DNA of 61,134 bases, filler included, from an uncultured bacterium (GCA_964449065.1; 2 parts of 2 records of this genome joined end to end with filler, not necessarily neighbours in it), one strand, 5' to 3'; counted from the whole stretch's first letter, positions 9,349-19,747 are shown. A program made the numbers and translations. The notes: generated from the letters alone by a model not told the origin.

Positions 9349-10455
9349 TCAATTCACAGTCATAAACGTGTCACGCGCGACGCTGATTAAGAGTCCGACC
9401 ATCGACATAAAGATCAACAGGGATGACCCTCCATACGATAAAAAGGGGAGGGTGATCCCGGTGGTGGGCATGGCGCCGGTGACGACGGCAATGTTTATCG
9501 CTACTTGGACGGCAATGGTTGTGGCTATGCCTACGGCAATCAATCTACCGAATGGATTGGTACACTTGAGCGCGATCCAGAATCCGAAAAGAATGAGCGT
9601 CAGATACATCATTAAAATGATGCTGCACCATACAAAGCCGAGTTCTTCGCCCATGGTGGAGAAAATAAAGTCGGTATGCACTTCGGGAACAAAGCCCAGT
9701 TTTTGAAAGCCTTCTCCCAACCCCCGGCCCCAAAAGCCGCCGAGCGCGAAGCTGTTCATGGATTGGAGCATCTGCAAGCTTTGATCGCTGGCGTATTTAT
9801 CCGGTTCAAGCCACGCGTTGATGCGGACATACAAATGCGGTTTCATTTGCAGCAAATAGAATACACCGGCCACAAACGCGGCGGATACAGGAACCAAATG
9901 CAATACCTTGCCCCCGGCGGCGAACCAGATGGATGCGGCTATGAACCCGAGCAGCACGGTGGTGCTGTGATCGGGTTCGATCACGACCAGCCCGATCGCC
10001 AATCCGGCAAATAGCAGCGGGAAAATTAATTTGGTGCTGATATATTGAAGTTCGTCGTGACGGTCAGCCCAGGCTGCGGCCAAATATAAGATCAAGGAAA
10101 GTTTTAACAAATCCGACGGTTGAAAGTTAAACAGCCCCAGTGATATCCAGCGGTGCGCGCCTTTAGCATCTACACCGATGGGTGAAAAGACCATGGCCAG
10201 AAGAACGATGGTGAAAAGCAAAAGCCAGCGGGCTTTGCGTTCCCATTGGTTGTAATCATAGAGTGAAAAGAAACTCAAACCGGCCAGGCCGATGCTCAGG
10301 TACATTAACTGGCGTCCCATTTTGGCGTACACGTTCTGCCCTTTGATGAGCAAGATGCCGTGGCTGGAGCTAAAGACCATAATCACGCCGATGAGAACCA
10401 GGCTGATGGTGATGATGAACAATGCGCTGATGACAAAAGTTCCGGTTATCTTCAC
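9349..10455 (-). CDS. ftsW: SEDS peptidoglycan polymerase FtsW
   Basis: Multiple TM helices; GAHRWI, FQPSD, PEVHTDFIF, TGITLPFLSYGGSS. Confidence 0.95.
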   Translation of the reverse strand: MKITGTFVISALFIITISLVLIGVIMVFSSSHGILLIKGQNVYAKMGRQLMYLSIGLAGLSFFSLYDYNQWERKARWLLLFTIVLLAMVFSPIGVDAKGAHRWISLGLFNFQPSDLLKLSLILYLAAAWADRHDELQYISTKLIFPLLFAGLAIGLVVIEPDHSTTVLLGFIAASIWFAAGGKVLHLVPVSAAFVAGVFYLLQMKPHLYVRINAWLEPDKYASDQSLQMLQSMNSFALGGFWGRGLGEGFQKLGFVPEVHTDFIFSTMGEELGFVWCSIILMMYLTLILFGFWIALKCTNPFGRLIAVGIATTIAVQVAINIAVVTGAMPTTGITLPFLSYGGSSLLIFMSMVGLLISVARDTFMTVN

Positions 10456-11849
10456 GCTTTATACTCCTTTACCGCTTGGCGGAACCGCTCGCCGCGTTCG
10501 GCGTAGTTTTGAAACATATCCCAACTGGCGCAGGCCGGGGATAGCAATAGCGAGTCTCCCGGCTGGCCGTCACGCAGGGCATGATGGACAGCATTTTCTA
10601 ATGTTTTTTCCCGGTGTAAGAGGGTAATTTCTTTCCAAGACTGTTCGAATAAATCCGCTGACTCACCGATGAGATAGGCAGCGGTAACTTTGTCTGCAAT
10701 AAGAGATCGAACCGGTTGCAGGGATTCGCCTTTGCCGCGTCCCCCGGCGATAAGCCGTATGGGAGCGGGCACGGATTGCAGCGCGGCTTGCAGGGCGTGG
10801 ATGTTGGTGGCTTTGGAATCGTTATAGCAGCGGATGCCGCCCGCTTCGGCCACGAATTCCAACCGGTGCGGTAAATCTTGAAACGATTCGATTGCAGAAG
10901 CCGCTTCTGCTAACGGAATGCCGATACCGGTACACGCGCCGACTGCGGCGAGGATGTTGAGTTGTTTTTGCGGCAGGGCCTTGGAAAGAGAACCGGGATG
11001 GAGGAGTTCATCCTCCCCATCCCTCATCACAAAGTTTCCCTCAACGCAGTAGAGTCCCTCAACCCTACGATCATGAAGTGCGAAATTTCGCACGGAAGAT
11101 TGGACCCAGCCGGGAATGTTTCCCTCAACCCCGGGACCGGTCCATAATGCCTCGTCGGCGTATTGATTTCGTACCAGTTCAAACTTTGTCTTGTAGTAAT
11201 CGTGTTCGGATGCATAGCGGCCCAAATGATCCGGCGCCAAGTTGGTGATCACCGCTACCGCCGGATGAAAGCATTCAAGGGTTTCGCATTGATAACTGCT
11301 AACTTCCATCACCACCGGATTGTTGCCTTCACAATTTTTTTGTAAGACCAAATCCGATACCGCGGTACCTACGTTGCCCACCAAATCACTGCTGTATCCG
11401 CGGTTCGTGAGGATATGATGAATCATGTGGACAACCGTGGTTTTGCCGTTGGTTCCAGTAACCGCGATGATGGGGCGGTGGATGAAACGTGCGGCCAGTT
11501 CCAACTCACCCGTTACCGGGATGCGTTGCCGCTTACAGGCTCGCAGTAAAGGATGGATTGTAGGTACACCCGGACTGACTACACAGAAATCGGTATGTTC
11601 CGGCAGATGATTTTCCGGATAGAACTCCACATGATCCGCATCCCATAATGATGCCACGTCCTGCTCTTTTGCCCGGTTTTGGTCATGGGCATACACATAA
11701 GCTCCTTTGTGAACCAACAGATTCACGGCGGCTTGTCCGCTTATGCCCAGGCCGATGACCAATACCCGCTTGTCTTGCAGTTGGGGTTCCGGCAGGTGGT
11801 ATCCTTGTGGGGCTGCGTTCATGTTTAGGTCTTCCAATACAGCTGTCAT
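10452..11849 (-). CDS. murD: UDP-MurNAc-L-Ala--D-glutamate ligase
   Basis: GLGISG, VTGTNGKTT, EVSSYQ, NDSKATN, LSPACASWDMF. Confidence 0.97.
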   Translation of the reverse strand: MTAVLEDLNMNAAPQGYHLPEPQLQDKRVLVIGLGISGQAAVNLLVHKGAYVYAHDQNRAKEQDVASLWDADHVEFYPENHLPEHTDFCVVSPGVPTIHPLLRACKRQRIPVTGELELAARFIHRPIIAVTGTNGKTTVVHMIHHILTNRGYSSDLVGNVGTAVSDLVLQKNCEGNNPVVMEVSSYQCETLECFHPAVAVITNLAPDHLGRYASEHDYYKTKFELVRNQYADEALWTGPGVEGNIPGWVQSSVRNFALHDRRVEGLYCVEGNFVMRDGEDELLHPGSLSKALPQKQLNILAAVGACTGIGIPLAEAASAIESFQDLPHRLEFVAEAGGIRCYNDSKATNIHALQAALQSVPAPIRLIAGGRGKGESLQPVRSLIADKVTAAYLIGESADLFEQSWKEITLLHREKTLENAVHHALRDGQPGDSLLLSPACASWDMFQNYAERGERFRQAVKEYKA

Positions 11850-11859
11850 CTTGTGTTAT

Positions 11860-12975
11860 TTATCTCACTTTTAATGTTGCCAGGCCCAAGACGGCGAATA
11901 AGAACGCCAAAATCCAAAAGCGCACAACGATTTGGGTTTCTTTCCACCCCAGCATTTCAAAATGGTGATGCAGGGGTGCCATAAGAAACACGCGTTTGCC
12001 GTTGCGGTATTTATAAGATGTAACCTGAATCATCACCGATAACGCTTCGGCAACGAAAATCGCGCCGATGATAATCAGCAGCAATTCTTGTTTGATGAGA
12101 ATCGCGATGGTTGCCAACGCGCCGCCCAATGCGAGTGAGCCGGTGTCTCCCATAAACACCTGCGCGGGATGGGCGTTGTACCATAAGAACGCGAGGGTGG
12201 CTCCAGCCAGCGCCAAAACGAAAACGGTAACCTCACCGCTGGGCTGTACATATTGAATGCCGAGATAGGTGCTCCAATCGACACGGCCGACAATATACGC
12301 GGTGGCGGCGAAGGCCATTGATGCAATGACGATGCAGCCGCTGGCTAAACCGTCCAGGCCGTCGGTTAAATTTACCGCATTGGAAAAGCCGGTGAGATAG
12401 AACGCCACAAACGGGATATAGAGAATGCCTAATGGAATAAATGCGTCTTTCAAGAAGGGCAAAGAAAGATCGGAGCCATGTTCGGGATGTACAGGGCTGA
12501 ATACATAGAGCACATATCCAACCGCGAGGCCGACCCCCATTTGCACCCACAGTTTTTGCTTGGCGCGGACGCCTTTGTATTCTTTTTTAACCAGCTTGGT
12601 ATAGTCATCCACAAAACCCAATGCACCGAGTGAGAGAGTGACGATGAGGCAAGTCCATACCAATGGATTGCGCAAGTCGCCCCAGATTAACGTCGCAATG
12701 CTTAACGAAGCCAGGATCAGCGTGCCGCCCATGGTGGGGGTGCCGGCTTTGTCTTTGTGTTTGTCATAAAGCGCTTTAACCCCTTCGCCGCGGATGGTTT
12801 GGCCGATCTTCATCCGCACCAGCCAGCCGATGAACCAGGGACCGGCCCAGATCCCCAGCAAGAGGGCGGTCGCCGCCGCCATCGCGCCGCGGAACGAGAT
12901 GTATTGAATGACATTCAACACCCCGAAGAGTTCGGGATAGATTCTCGACAATGGAAACAAAAACTCTAACGCCAT
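11860..12975 (-). CDS. mraY: Phospho-N-acetylmuramoyl-pentapeptide transferase
   Basis: KAGTPTMGG, DDYTK, NAVNLTDGLDG, FMGDTGS, APLHHHFE. Confidence 0.98.
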   Translation of the reverse strand: MALEFLFPLSRIYPELFGVLNVIQYISFRGAMAAATALLLGIWAGPWFIGWLVRMKIGQTIRGEGVKALYDKHKDKAGTPTMGGTLILASLSIATLIWGDLRNPLVWTCLIVTLSLGALGFVDDYTKLVKKEYKGVRAKQKLWVQMGVGLAVGYVLYVFSPVHPEHGSDLSLPFLKDAFIPLGILYIPFVAFYLTGFSNAVNLTDGLDGLASGCIVIASMAFAATAYIVGRVDWSTYLGIQYVQPSGEVTVFVLALAGATLAFLWYNAHPAQVFMGDTGSLALGGALATIAILIKQELLLIIIGAIFVAEALSVMIQVTSYKYRNGKRVFLMAPLHHHFEMLGWKETQIVVRFWILAFLFAVLGLATLKVR

Positions 12976-13021
12976 GCTCTACCTTTTTAATTTACGCCCA
13001 TGTGTTCCGCGCTTATGTATG

Positions 13022-14482
13022 TTATGCCAATGACCGCAAGCACTCGCGTGCGATTTTACGGTCATCAAACGGCTGTTTTTCTTGGCCGATGATTTGATAA
13101 TCCTCATGCCCTTTGCCGGCCAATAGCAGGATGTCTCCGTCTTGCAGCATTTCGATTGCTGTTTGAATCGCGCCGCGCCGGTCTTCGATGACTTCTATGG
13201 TTTTGGCGGATTGTCTGAGCCCAGCCATGATATCGTTAATGATGGTTTGCGGATCTTCGGTTCGGGGATTGTCGGATGTGACAATCAAGATGTCGCTGTG
13301 GCGTTCCGCGGCCTTTGCCATCAAGGGACGCTTGCCCAGGTCGCGGTCGCCGCCGCAGCCGAAGAGTGTAATCAGCCGCTTGTGGGGGATTGCGTTCAAG
13401 GTTTCCAGGCATTTATCCAACGCGTCGGGTGTATGGCAGTAATCGACAACCACCTGCGCGCCGATGCTGTTTTCGATGCTTTCCAGCCTGCCGGGAACGG
13501 GTTGGAATTGCTTGATACCGTTTTCAATTTCTTGTATCGATAATTCCTGTGCATAGGCGGCGGCGCATACTCCCACGACGTTGTATACGTTGTGTATGCC
13601 CAATAGCGGCGTTTGGACTTCAACCGCTTTTTCTTTTATATGAAGAACAAACGATGTGCCTTTTAAATGGGTTTTGATGTTGGAGGCGGATATATCGGCT
13701 TTCGGATTCAAGCCATACGTGATGAGTTGATCTTTGGAGACACGGCTTGCGATAAAACGGCCGGCTTCGTCATCCATATTGATGACCGCTTTGCCGCTCG
13801 GTTTGAGATAGCGTGTAAACAACAGTTGCTTGGCGCCGCGGTATTCTTCCATGGTGGAATGGAAATCGAGATGATCCTGAGACAGGTTGGTGAAGACTGC
13901 TATTTCGAATTCGACTTCATCCACACGGTGGAGAGCCAATCCGTGGGATGAGACTTCCATGACTACATGCTGAATGTTTTCGTTGACGATTTCGTTTAAG
14001 TGATCGTGCAAGTCATGCGGCAGTGGGGTGGTGTTCGGTGCCGGGATGCGCTTGCTGCCATAGCGGTATTCGATGGTACCCAATACGCCGCATGGTTTGC
14101 CTGTGGATTGCAGCAGTGCCTCCAGCAAATAGGTTGATGTCGTTTTTCCATTGGAGCCGGTGATTCCGGTGAGGTGCAGTTTCTTTGCTGGGTGGCCGTA
14201 AAAGTTGGCCGCGAGTTTGGGCAAACTGGCGAGAGTATCGTTCACCTGGATTTGGGGCAGCGCCGTGTTGCAGACTTCTTCCACCACGGCACCGCACGCT
14301 CCTTTTTGATGGACATCATCTAAGAAACGGTGGCCGTCGAAGGTGGCTCCGCGCAGAGCGACAAACAGTCCGCCCGGCCGCACCCGGCGGGAATCGCAGG
14401 TAAATTGCGCGACCGTTGCCGGCAACTCTCCCCGAACCGATAGGATATCGACGTCTTGAAACACAGTACTACCCTCAACCAT
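13022..14482 (-). CDS. murE: UDP-MurNAc-tripeptide synthetase MurE (meso-DAP type)
   Basis: ITGSNGKTT, MEVSSH, DHLDFH, DYCHTPD, the DNPR motif associated with DAP specificity, GKGHEDYQ. Start placed at ATG 14482 behind an AGGAG RBS. Confidence 0.96.
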   Translation of the reverse strand: MVEGSTVFQDVDILSVRGELPATVAQFTCDSRRVRPGGLFVALRGATFDGHRFLDDVHQKGACGAVVEEVCNTALPQIQVNDTLASLPKLAANFYGHPAKKLHLTGITGSNGKTTSTYLLEALLQSTGKPCGVLGTIEYRYGSKRIPAPNTTPLPHDLHDHLNEIVNENIQHVVMEVSSHGLALHRVDEVEFEIAVFTNLSQDHLDFHSTMEEYRGAKQLLFTRYLKPSGKAVINMDDEAGRFIASRVSKDQLITYGLNPKADISASNIKTHLKGTSFVLHIKEKAVEVQTPLLGIHNVYNVVGVCAAAYAQELSIQEIENGIKQFQPVPGRLESIENSIGAQVVVDYCHTPDALDKCLETLNAIPHKRLITLFGCGGDRDLGKRPLMAKAAERHSDILIVTSDNPRTEDPQTIINDIMAGLRQSAKTIEVIEDRRGAIQTAIEMLQDGDILLLAGKGHEDYQIIGQEKQPFDDRKIARECLRSLA

Positions 14483-14584
14483 TTTGGTCTCCTGTATCTT
14501 TTTCTCTTCCCAAAAAAGATACGGTTTCCCTGCCTCTCCGGCATCAACACACCACACAAAATGAATCCAATACAAATTCGGCGC

Positions 14585-16696
14585 TTATCGCCGCGCCACT
14601 AAATCGGAAACCGACTCGACTGACGGGTCGGACAGTGCGGTTTCGCACGCTAACATTCCCACATGTGTTTTTTCGAGCAAAGCGTTTCCGGGGGCGATTT
14701 CTTGCGAGATGATTTTTCCGTGCCCTTCAAAACTTGCGGTTAAGCCGTATCCGGCTAACAAAATATAGGCTTCGCGCTTGGAAAGCCCGATGAGATTGGG
14801 CATATAACCGTCTTCGTATTTGCGTTCCGTTTCCGACAGCATGGGCAGGCGTTTCATCTTTCCGAACGGATGGGTGGAGTTGCCGCCTTGCGCGATGGAA
14901 GCAGAGTGTTCTTTTTGCTGCTTGATCAGCAGGGGATCGTTTTTGCGGGTTGGTGCGATCCCTTTGTAGGCAATGATTTCTTCGGCGATGCGTTTCCAAG
15001 CGGGGCCGGCCACTTCGCCGCCATATTTTTTGTGTTTGGGTTCATCCACCATAACGACGATGGTAATTTCCGGCTCCTGCGCGGGGAAGAAGCCCGCGAA
15101 GGTGGCAATGCGCAAGCCTCCAACATATCCCTGCCCCGGCATGGCTTTTTGCGCAGTTCCGGTTTTCCCGGCGACATAAAAGCCGGGGATACGGACGCGG
15201 CGGCCGGTGCCTTCAGGGTCTTCGGTGACATCGATCATCATGCGGGCTACGTCTTCCGCGATAAGCCGCTCTGTTACCCGAACCGGTCGTTCATAAGGAT
15301 TCGGAATAAACACGCCGTCGCTGCGGCGCTGACCTTTGATCAACTGCGGTTTGCGGTAAACGCCATGGTTGGCGATGGCATTGTAAGCGCCTGCTAACAC
15401 TAATGAATTGGTTTTCATGGCTTGCCCAAATGGCACGGAACTCATCAAATGAGGCAGCCAGTTGGTGGGGAGGCCGCCCTTTTGTTCCGGGATGACGGTG
15501 GTGTTTTCATCCGGATTGAAGCCGAAGCGTTCGTAAGTGTCTTTCAAGATTTTTAATTGACCGGAGAAATCGCTTTCGTCTTCGCCCATTCGCATGGCAA
15601 TCTTTACCGTGCCGATATTGCTGGAGTAGACCAAAATTTCATGCGGTGTCAGATCCGCAAAGCTGTGAATGTCATCCCGGATGGTCTTTCTATGAATCCG
15701 GTAATTTCCCTCTTCGCAGTAAATTTTGGGCGCATGGGGTGTAATGACTTTTTGCTCTAAGGCGGCGATCAGTGTGAACGGTTTCATAACCGAACCCGGT
15801 TCATAGCTGTGGGTTAGGATGCGGGGGTAGCGGTGTTCTTTTGGATACTCTTCATATTTGTTTGGATCGAATGAGGGATATTCCGCCATGGCTAGGATTT
15901 CGCTGGTTTTGGTATCAATCACGACCGCGTTTACATAGGACGCATCGAATTCTTGGTAGGCGGTTTTGAGTTCACGTTCGACGACATATTGAATGTAGGC
16001 ATCGATGGTCAGGACAACATCGTTTCCGTGATTGGAGACTTCTTTGGTAAAGTCACGGTCGGCGATGATAACCCCGCGTGTCATTTTGTCCGGTATACCG
16101 GCTTTGTCTACAATCAAATTTACTTCTTGCCCTTGCAGGCTTTCATTAAAGGCCCGCTCGATGCCGGATAATCCCGTGTTGTCTTTTCCGGTAAATCCAA
16201 TGATTGTGGCGGCTAAGTGTTTTTCCGGATACACTCTTGATTCAGATGGTTTTAAATGGACACCGGGAAGGTTGTGGGATTTGATCCACTCTTTGTCGCT
16301 TTCGCTTAGATGGTTTGCAATGGTTCGATCAATCAATTCTTCATTGGAAAGCGCGTGCAAATGCTTTTGTTTTTCGGATTCATCAATGTTTAAGAGTTGA
16401 CACAATTGTTCCAGCGACTGCCGCCAATCCCCTTCATCATCTTTTGCTTTGTTTTTATCCACACCAACGGTATAGATATTGCTATTGGTCGCCAATACCC
16501 GGCCATTGGCATCCAAAATCATCCCCCGTTTTGCCTGTAATTCTTTGATTCCTTTACTTTGGCGTTCCGCGGCTTCTTTCAGTGTTGGGGCTTTGATGAC
16601 TTGTAGATAGAACATGCGTGCCGTAAGCCCGCCGTAAATTACGAGAGCCGTTGTCATCAAGAACAGTATGCGTGAGCGTTCCAATGTGTTTGTCAT
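14585..16696 (-). CDS. ftsI: Class B penicillin-binding protein FtsI with C-terminal PASTA domain
   Basis: RGMILD, EPGSVMK (SxxK), SSN, KTGTAQ, PASTA-like MPNLIGLSKREA. Confidence 0.93.
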   Translation of the reverse strand: MTNTLERSRILFLMTTALVIYGGLTARMFYLQVIKAPTLKEAAERQSKGIKELQAKRGMILDANGRVLATNSNIYTVGVDKNKAKDDEGDWRQSLEQLCQLLNIDESEKQKHLHALSNEELIDRTIANHLSESDKEWIKSHNLPGVHLKPSESRVYPEKHLAATIIGFTGKDNTGLSGIERAFNESLQGQEVNLIVDKAGIPDKMTRGVIIADRDFTKEVSNHGNDVVLTIDAYIQYVVERELKTAYQEFDASYVNAVVIDTKTSEILAMAEYPSFDPNKYEEYPKEHRYPRILTHSYEPGSVMKPFTLIAALEQKVITPHAPKIYCEEGNYRIHRKTIRDDIHSFADLTPHEILVYSSNIGTVKIAMRMGEDESDFSGQLKILKDTYERFGFNPDENTTVIPEQKGGLPTNWLPHLMSSVPFGQAMKTNSLVLAGAYNAIANHGVYRKPQLIKGQRRSDGVFIPNPYERPVRVTERLIAEDVARMMIDVTEDPEGTGRRVRIPGFYVAGKTGTAQKAMPGQGYVGGLRIATFAGFFPAQEPEITIVVMVDEPKHKKYGGEVAGPAWKRIAEEIIAYKGIAPTRKNDPLLIKQQKEHSASIAQGGNSTHPFGKMKRLPMLSETERKYEDGYMPNLIGLSKREAYILLAGYGLTASFEGHGKIISQEIAPGNALLEKTHVGMLACETALSDPSVESVSDLVARR

Positions 16697-16708
16697 TCTA
16701 ATTCCTGG

Positions 16709-17161
16709 TTATTCCACCATTTCATTCAAATAATCATGCAAGTGGGTTTCCATGCTGCGCCACTTTTTACGCATTTGATTAAACAAACTGTTGTTTTCCG
16801 GTAAAGCGGGTTTGTTTTCTGAATCGACACCATTTTGATGGAGTCCTGTCACGGGAAGACTGATCGCCGGGTGCTGCGGCGGCCCCAAGTGCGGCAGATG
16901 TTTTTCGACCAAGATCGAAATCCGTTCAAAATTTTCTTGTTCCGCGACGCGGTTATTCAGTTTGCGAATATCATTCATGAGTTCGCGTTTTTCGCCAATC
17001 AAAAGGGAGATTTGATAGCGCACCCGTTTTTCTTCCATGCCGGCCTGCACCAACAAGATAACCGACCCGAACAGGGATACGATGCAGAGATACACCAAAA
17101 TCCCCCGCACATATTGCACGGTATAGTCTTGCGGGGGTTTGCGCGTCATTCGTCTGGCCAT
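16709..17161 (-). CDS. FtsL-like cell division protein
   Basis: TM helix followed by a coiled coil, located between rsmH and ftsI. Confidence 0.65.
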   Translation of the reverse strand: MARRMTRKPPQDYTVQYVRGILVYLCIVSLFGSVILLVQAGMEEKRVRYQISLLIGEKRELMNDIRKLNNRVAEQENFERISILVEKHLPHLGPPQHPAISLPVTGLHQNGVDSENKPALPENNSLFNQMRKKWRSMETHLHDYLNEMVE

Positions 17162-17170
17162 TGTGCTCTC

Positions 17171-18106
17171 CTAAAACCGCTGCAACACACGCAACTGCGC
17201 GCTGCGGGAGCGGGGATTGTCGTTAATCTCGGCCGCGCAAGGTTTGATGGGCTTGCGTGTAACAATTCGTCCTTTGGGTTTCAATTCATCCGGAACTTCG
17301 CCCGCCCAACGGGGTAAATTCACTTTGCCGCAGTATTGGTGAAACTGTTCTTTCACGATGCGGTGTTCCAATGAGTGGTAACTTAACACCGCGACTTTTC
17401 CACCCGACTTCAAGTGATGGAGTGCATGATACAGTCCATTGCGCAGGGCGTTGAGTTCATCGTTGACTACAATTCGTAATGCCTGAAACACCCGGGTTGC
17501 GGGGTGAATGTGCTCCAGCTTTTTATACGCTTGCGGGATGGCTTGAATCACGATATCCGCCAATTCTTGCGTGGTTTCGATTTCCCCCAGCTGGCGGCGT
17601 TTGATGATTTCCTTGGCGATTTTGCGTGAAAACTTTTCGTCGCCATACCGGTTAAAGATTTTCGCCATCTCATCCGCTTCCCACGCGTTAATGATTTCGT
17701 ACGCGGTTAAAGATTGCTGTTGATCCATCCGCATATCCAAAGGGCCTTCTCGCATAAAACTAAATCCTCGTTCGCCAACATCTACCTGCGGGGATGAAAA
17801 CCCGCAATCAAACAAAATACTATCTGCCGCTTCTACGTCCGCTTCTTTCATGGCGTGGTCAAAATCTTCAAACCCGCCGTGTATCCATACCGTTTGAAAC
17901 GATGCGTCTTCAAATTCCTTTTTGCAATGCGCTAACGCGTGTTCATCCCGGTCGATGCCGATCAATGTTCCTTTCGGGCTAAGACCACGAGTTAAGGCCT
18001 CACTGTGTCCTCCATAGCCCGCGGTGCAATCGACGATCACCCAGTCCGTTGCTTCCGGTTTCAGCCATTCCACAACTTCTTGTTTCATCACAGGAACGTG
18101 CTTCAT
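17171..18106 (-). CDS. rsmH: 16S rRNA m4C1402 methyltransferase
   Basis: HVPVM, DCTAGYGGHS, RGFSF, PLDMRMD, HPATRVFQALRI, NPRSRSA. Confidence 0.97.
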   Translation of the reverse strand: MKHVPVMKQEVVEWLKPEATDWVIVDCTAGYGGHSEALTRGLSPKGTLIGIDRDEHALAHCKKEFEDASFQTVWIHGGFEDFDHAMKEADVEAADSILFDCGFSSPQVDVGERGFSFMREGPLDMRMDQQQSLTAYEIINAWEADEMAKIFNRYGDEKFSRKIAKEIIKRRQLGEIETTQELADIVIQAIPQAYKKLEHIHPATRVFQALRIVVNDELNALRNGLYHALHHLKSGGKVAVLSYHSLEHRIVKEQFHQYCGKVNLPRWAGEVPDELKPKGRIVTRKPIKPCAAEINDNPRSRSAQLRVLQRF

Positions 18107-18168
18107 GATTCACCCACTTCCGTTGAAATGGCATTCGCTTTATGGAAGAGGCAACGGGTAGAGACCGG

Positions 18169-18723
18169 TTATTGACCGCCATTGGAATCCGCACCCTCGA
18201 TATCTTCTAACCGTTTTTGTCCTTTGGCGATTTGCATCACCGAAGGGAACCACTTATTGATCATGACTTCGTTTACAGCCATTTGATCTTTGTAATAAGT
18301 CGCGTTCCAGATCGTGATCTTGTCCCAATCGCCTAATACCATCACTTTGCCTTCCAACCGCGCGTACTCCACCATATCCTGTGGAATGATAATGCGCCCT
18401 TCTTTATCTATGCTGACTTCACGCGCGTTTGCGAACATTTGGTGGCGCACGGTCATGCCCACATCCGTATATAAGTCTAGCTGGGCGATGGATTCCGCTA
18501 ACGGCATCCAGTTGCTTTCCGGAAACACGGCCAGCGAACGTTTTAACCAATTGACTAGAATGAGCGGTTCTCCTTCGAGTTTTTCCCGAAACTGCACGGG
18601 TAAACCCAACCGGGATTTTGAATCGATATTCCGGTCATACGTGCCGATCATTTTTGTGATCGGGGGTTTGTATGAAGCTTGGGGAACTTCGACTTCTGTT
18701 ACCCCAGCAGTTTGCTCATTCAT
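18169..18723 (-). CDS. mraZ: Division/cell wall cluster transcriptional repressor MraZ
   Basis: Two SpoVT/AbrB repeats (IDSKSRLGLP, IDKEGRIIIP). First gene of the dcw cluster. Confidence 0.92.
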   Translation of the reverse strand: MNEQTAGVTEVEVPQASYKPPITKMIGTYDRNIDSKSRLGLPVQFREKLEGEPLILVNWLKRSLAVFPESNWMPLAESIAQLDLYTDVGMTVRHQMFANAREVSIDKEGRIIIPQDMVEYARLEGKVMVLGDWDKITIWNATYYKDQMAVNEVMINKWFPSVMQIAKGQKRLEDIEGADSNGGQ

Positions 18724-18749
18724 AAGTCAATCAGATACAAATCCTATTT

Positions 18750-18804
18750 TGGTTAGATTTCCCACAAATTGGATTAAAATGGAAATTAATGGGTATCAGT
18801 GGGA
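18750..18804. promoter_or_regulatory. Putative MraZ operator: TGG(G/A) boxes at 10-bp period
   Basis: Plus strand has TGGTT 18750, TGGAT 18770, TGGAA 18780, TGGGT 18790 and TGGGA 18800, plus CCCAC at 18761. Confidence 0.7.
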
Positions 18805-18833
18805 ATGATAACATTGAATAGGAATAAAGACAA
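18805..18833 (-). promoter_or_regulatory. sigma70 promoter of the dcw operon
   Basis: TTGTCT-17 nt-TATCAT with an extended -10 TG, abutting the MraZ boxes. Confidence 0.7.
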
Positions 18834-19100
18834 GATAATTTTGCGATTTTTTAGAAAGATTACCAATTTGCTTTAATTTATACATATGTTCAGTATTCTG
18901 TAAAAATGACCCGGAATAGTTGGCCAATTCAGGTTTGAATCCTTAAACCAATTTAAATAAATAACAGAGGTTAATACTGCGTAAATCCTTTTATATTAGT
19001 AATTTATATTTACTTATCCTGTAATCGGTACTAGAAAAGGGATTAAGAAGAGAAGGGATTTGATGTTGCCTTAGTGGTCTTAAAAGAAGACAGTTTGGTC

Positions 19101-19182
19101 AGCGATCAACCGAATCAGGTCTGGGCCACGGATATCAAATAAATGATGATGGAACGGGGATTTGGTTTCCTGGTGATGTTGC
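19101..19182 (+). pseudogene. IS3-family transposase fragment
   Basis: QPNQVWATDIK*MMMERGFGFLV resembles the IS3 PNQVWxTDITY..GFxYL motif and contains a stop. Confidence 0.7.
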
Positions 19183-19189
19183 ATGGTGA

Positions 19190-19282
19190 TATTAAGAGAT
19201 TTCCATGAGACGAAGGAACGCCTCCAATAATATCTCTTAATATCTCTCCGGGATGAATGGGATCAAAGTCTCGTTTGCTCAT
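19190..19282 (-). pseudogene. HigA-family antitoxin N-terminal fragment
   Basis: MSKRDFDPIHPGEIL, then a tandem 10-bp duplication (AGAGATATTA) causing a frameshift, then LEAFLRLMEIS*. Confidence 0.75.
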
Positions 19283-19283
19283 A

Positions 19284-19510
19284 TTACACCGCTTTGGCTT
19301 CAACAAATTCGCTGATAGAAGAAGGTTCAGGCACAGCCTCTCCCCCCGCGCGCATATCTTCAATGTGCGTATCCACCGCCTCAAAATAAGTTGAAACAAT
19401 TCTTCCCGGCTCTCACCCACGGCAGCACACCCCGGAAGATCGGGCACGAATGCACCCAACTGGTTTCGCATTTTTCAATGACTGCAAAATATTTTAATGT
19501 ATTTTTGCAT
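19284..19510 (-). pseudogene. HicB-family antitoxin, frameshifted
   Basis: AVIEK, GAFVPDLPGCAAVGESREE and HIEDMRARGEAVPEPSS are spread over different frames. Confidence 0.75.
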
Positions 19511-19747
19511 TTAGATTTTATCCTGTTCATCCGGTTCCACATTCGGTACTATTGAGAGAAGTTATTCAAATTGATCCAAATCCACCCGATTTGCGCGCTC
19601 TTCCAAATATTCAACCGTCATTAAACTGGAAAGTTTTTCGGCAATTGCCAATACAGCAAGATGTTCAGGCGTGCTTTGATCCCTTTCCGCCGCTTCTTTC
19701 AGTTTGTTATACAATGAGTCCGGCATATCAATTGTCACAGCGCTCAT
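19511..19747 (-). pseudogene. Ribbon-helix-helix antitoxin with premature stop
   Basis: MSAVTIDMPDSLYNKLKEAAE ... AIAEKLSSLMTVEYLEERA stops at 19562. The likely original tail VPNVEPDEQDKI* follows in another frame. Confidence 0.65.

Noticed and set aside
19115..19471. 118-aa ORF
   Set aside because: Accidental read-through of frameshifted HicB, a HigA fragment and antisense IS3 sequence.
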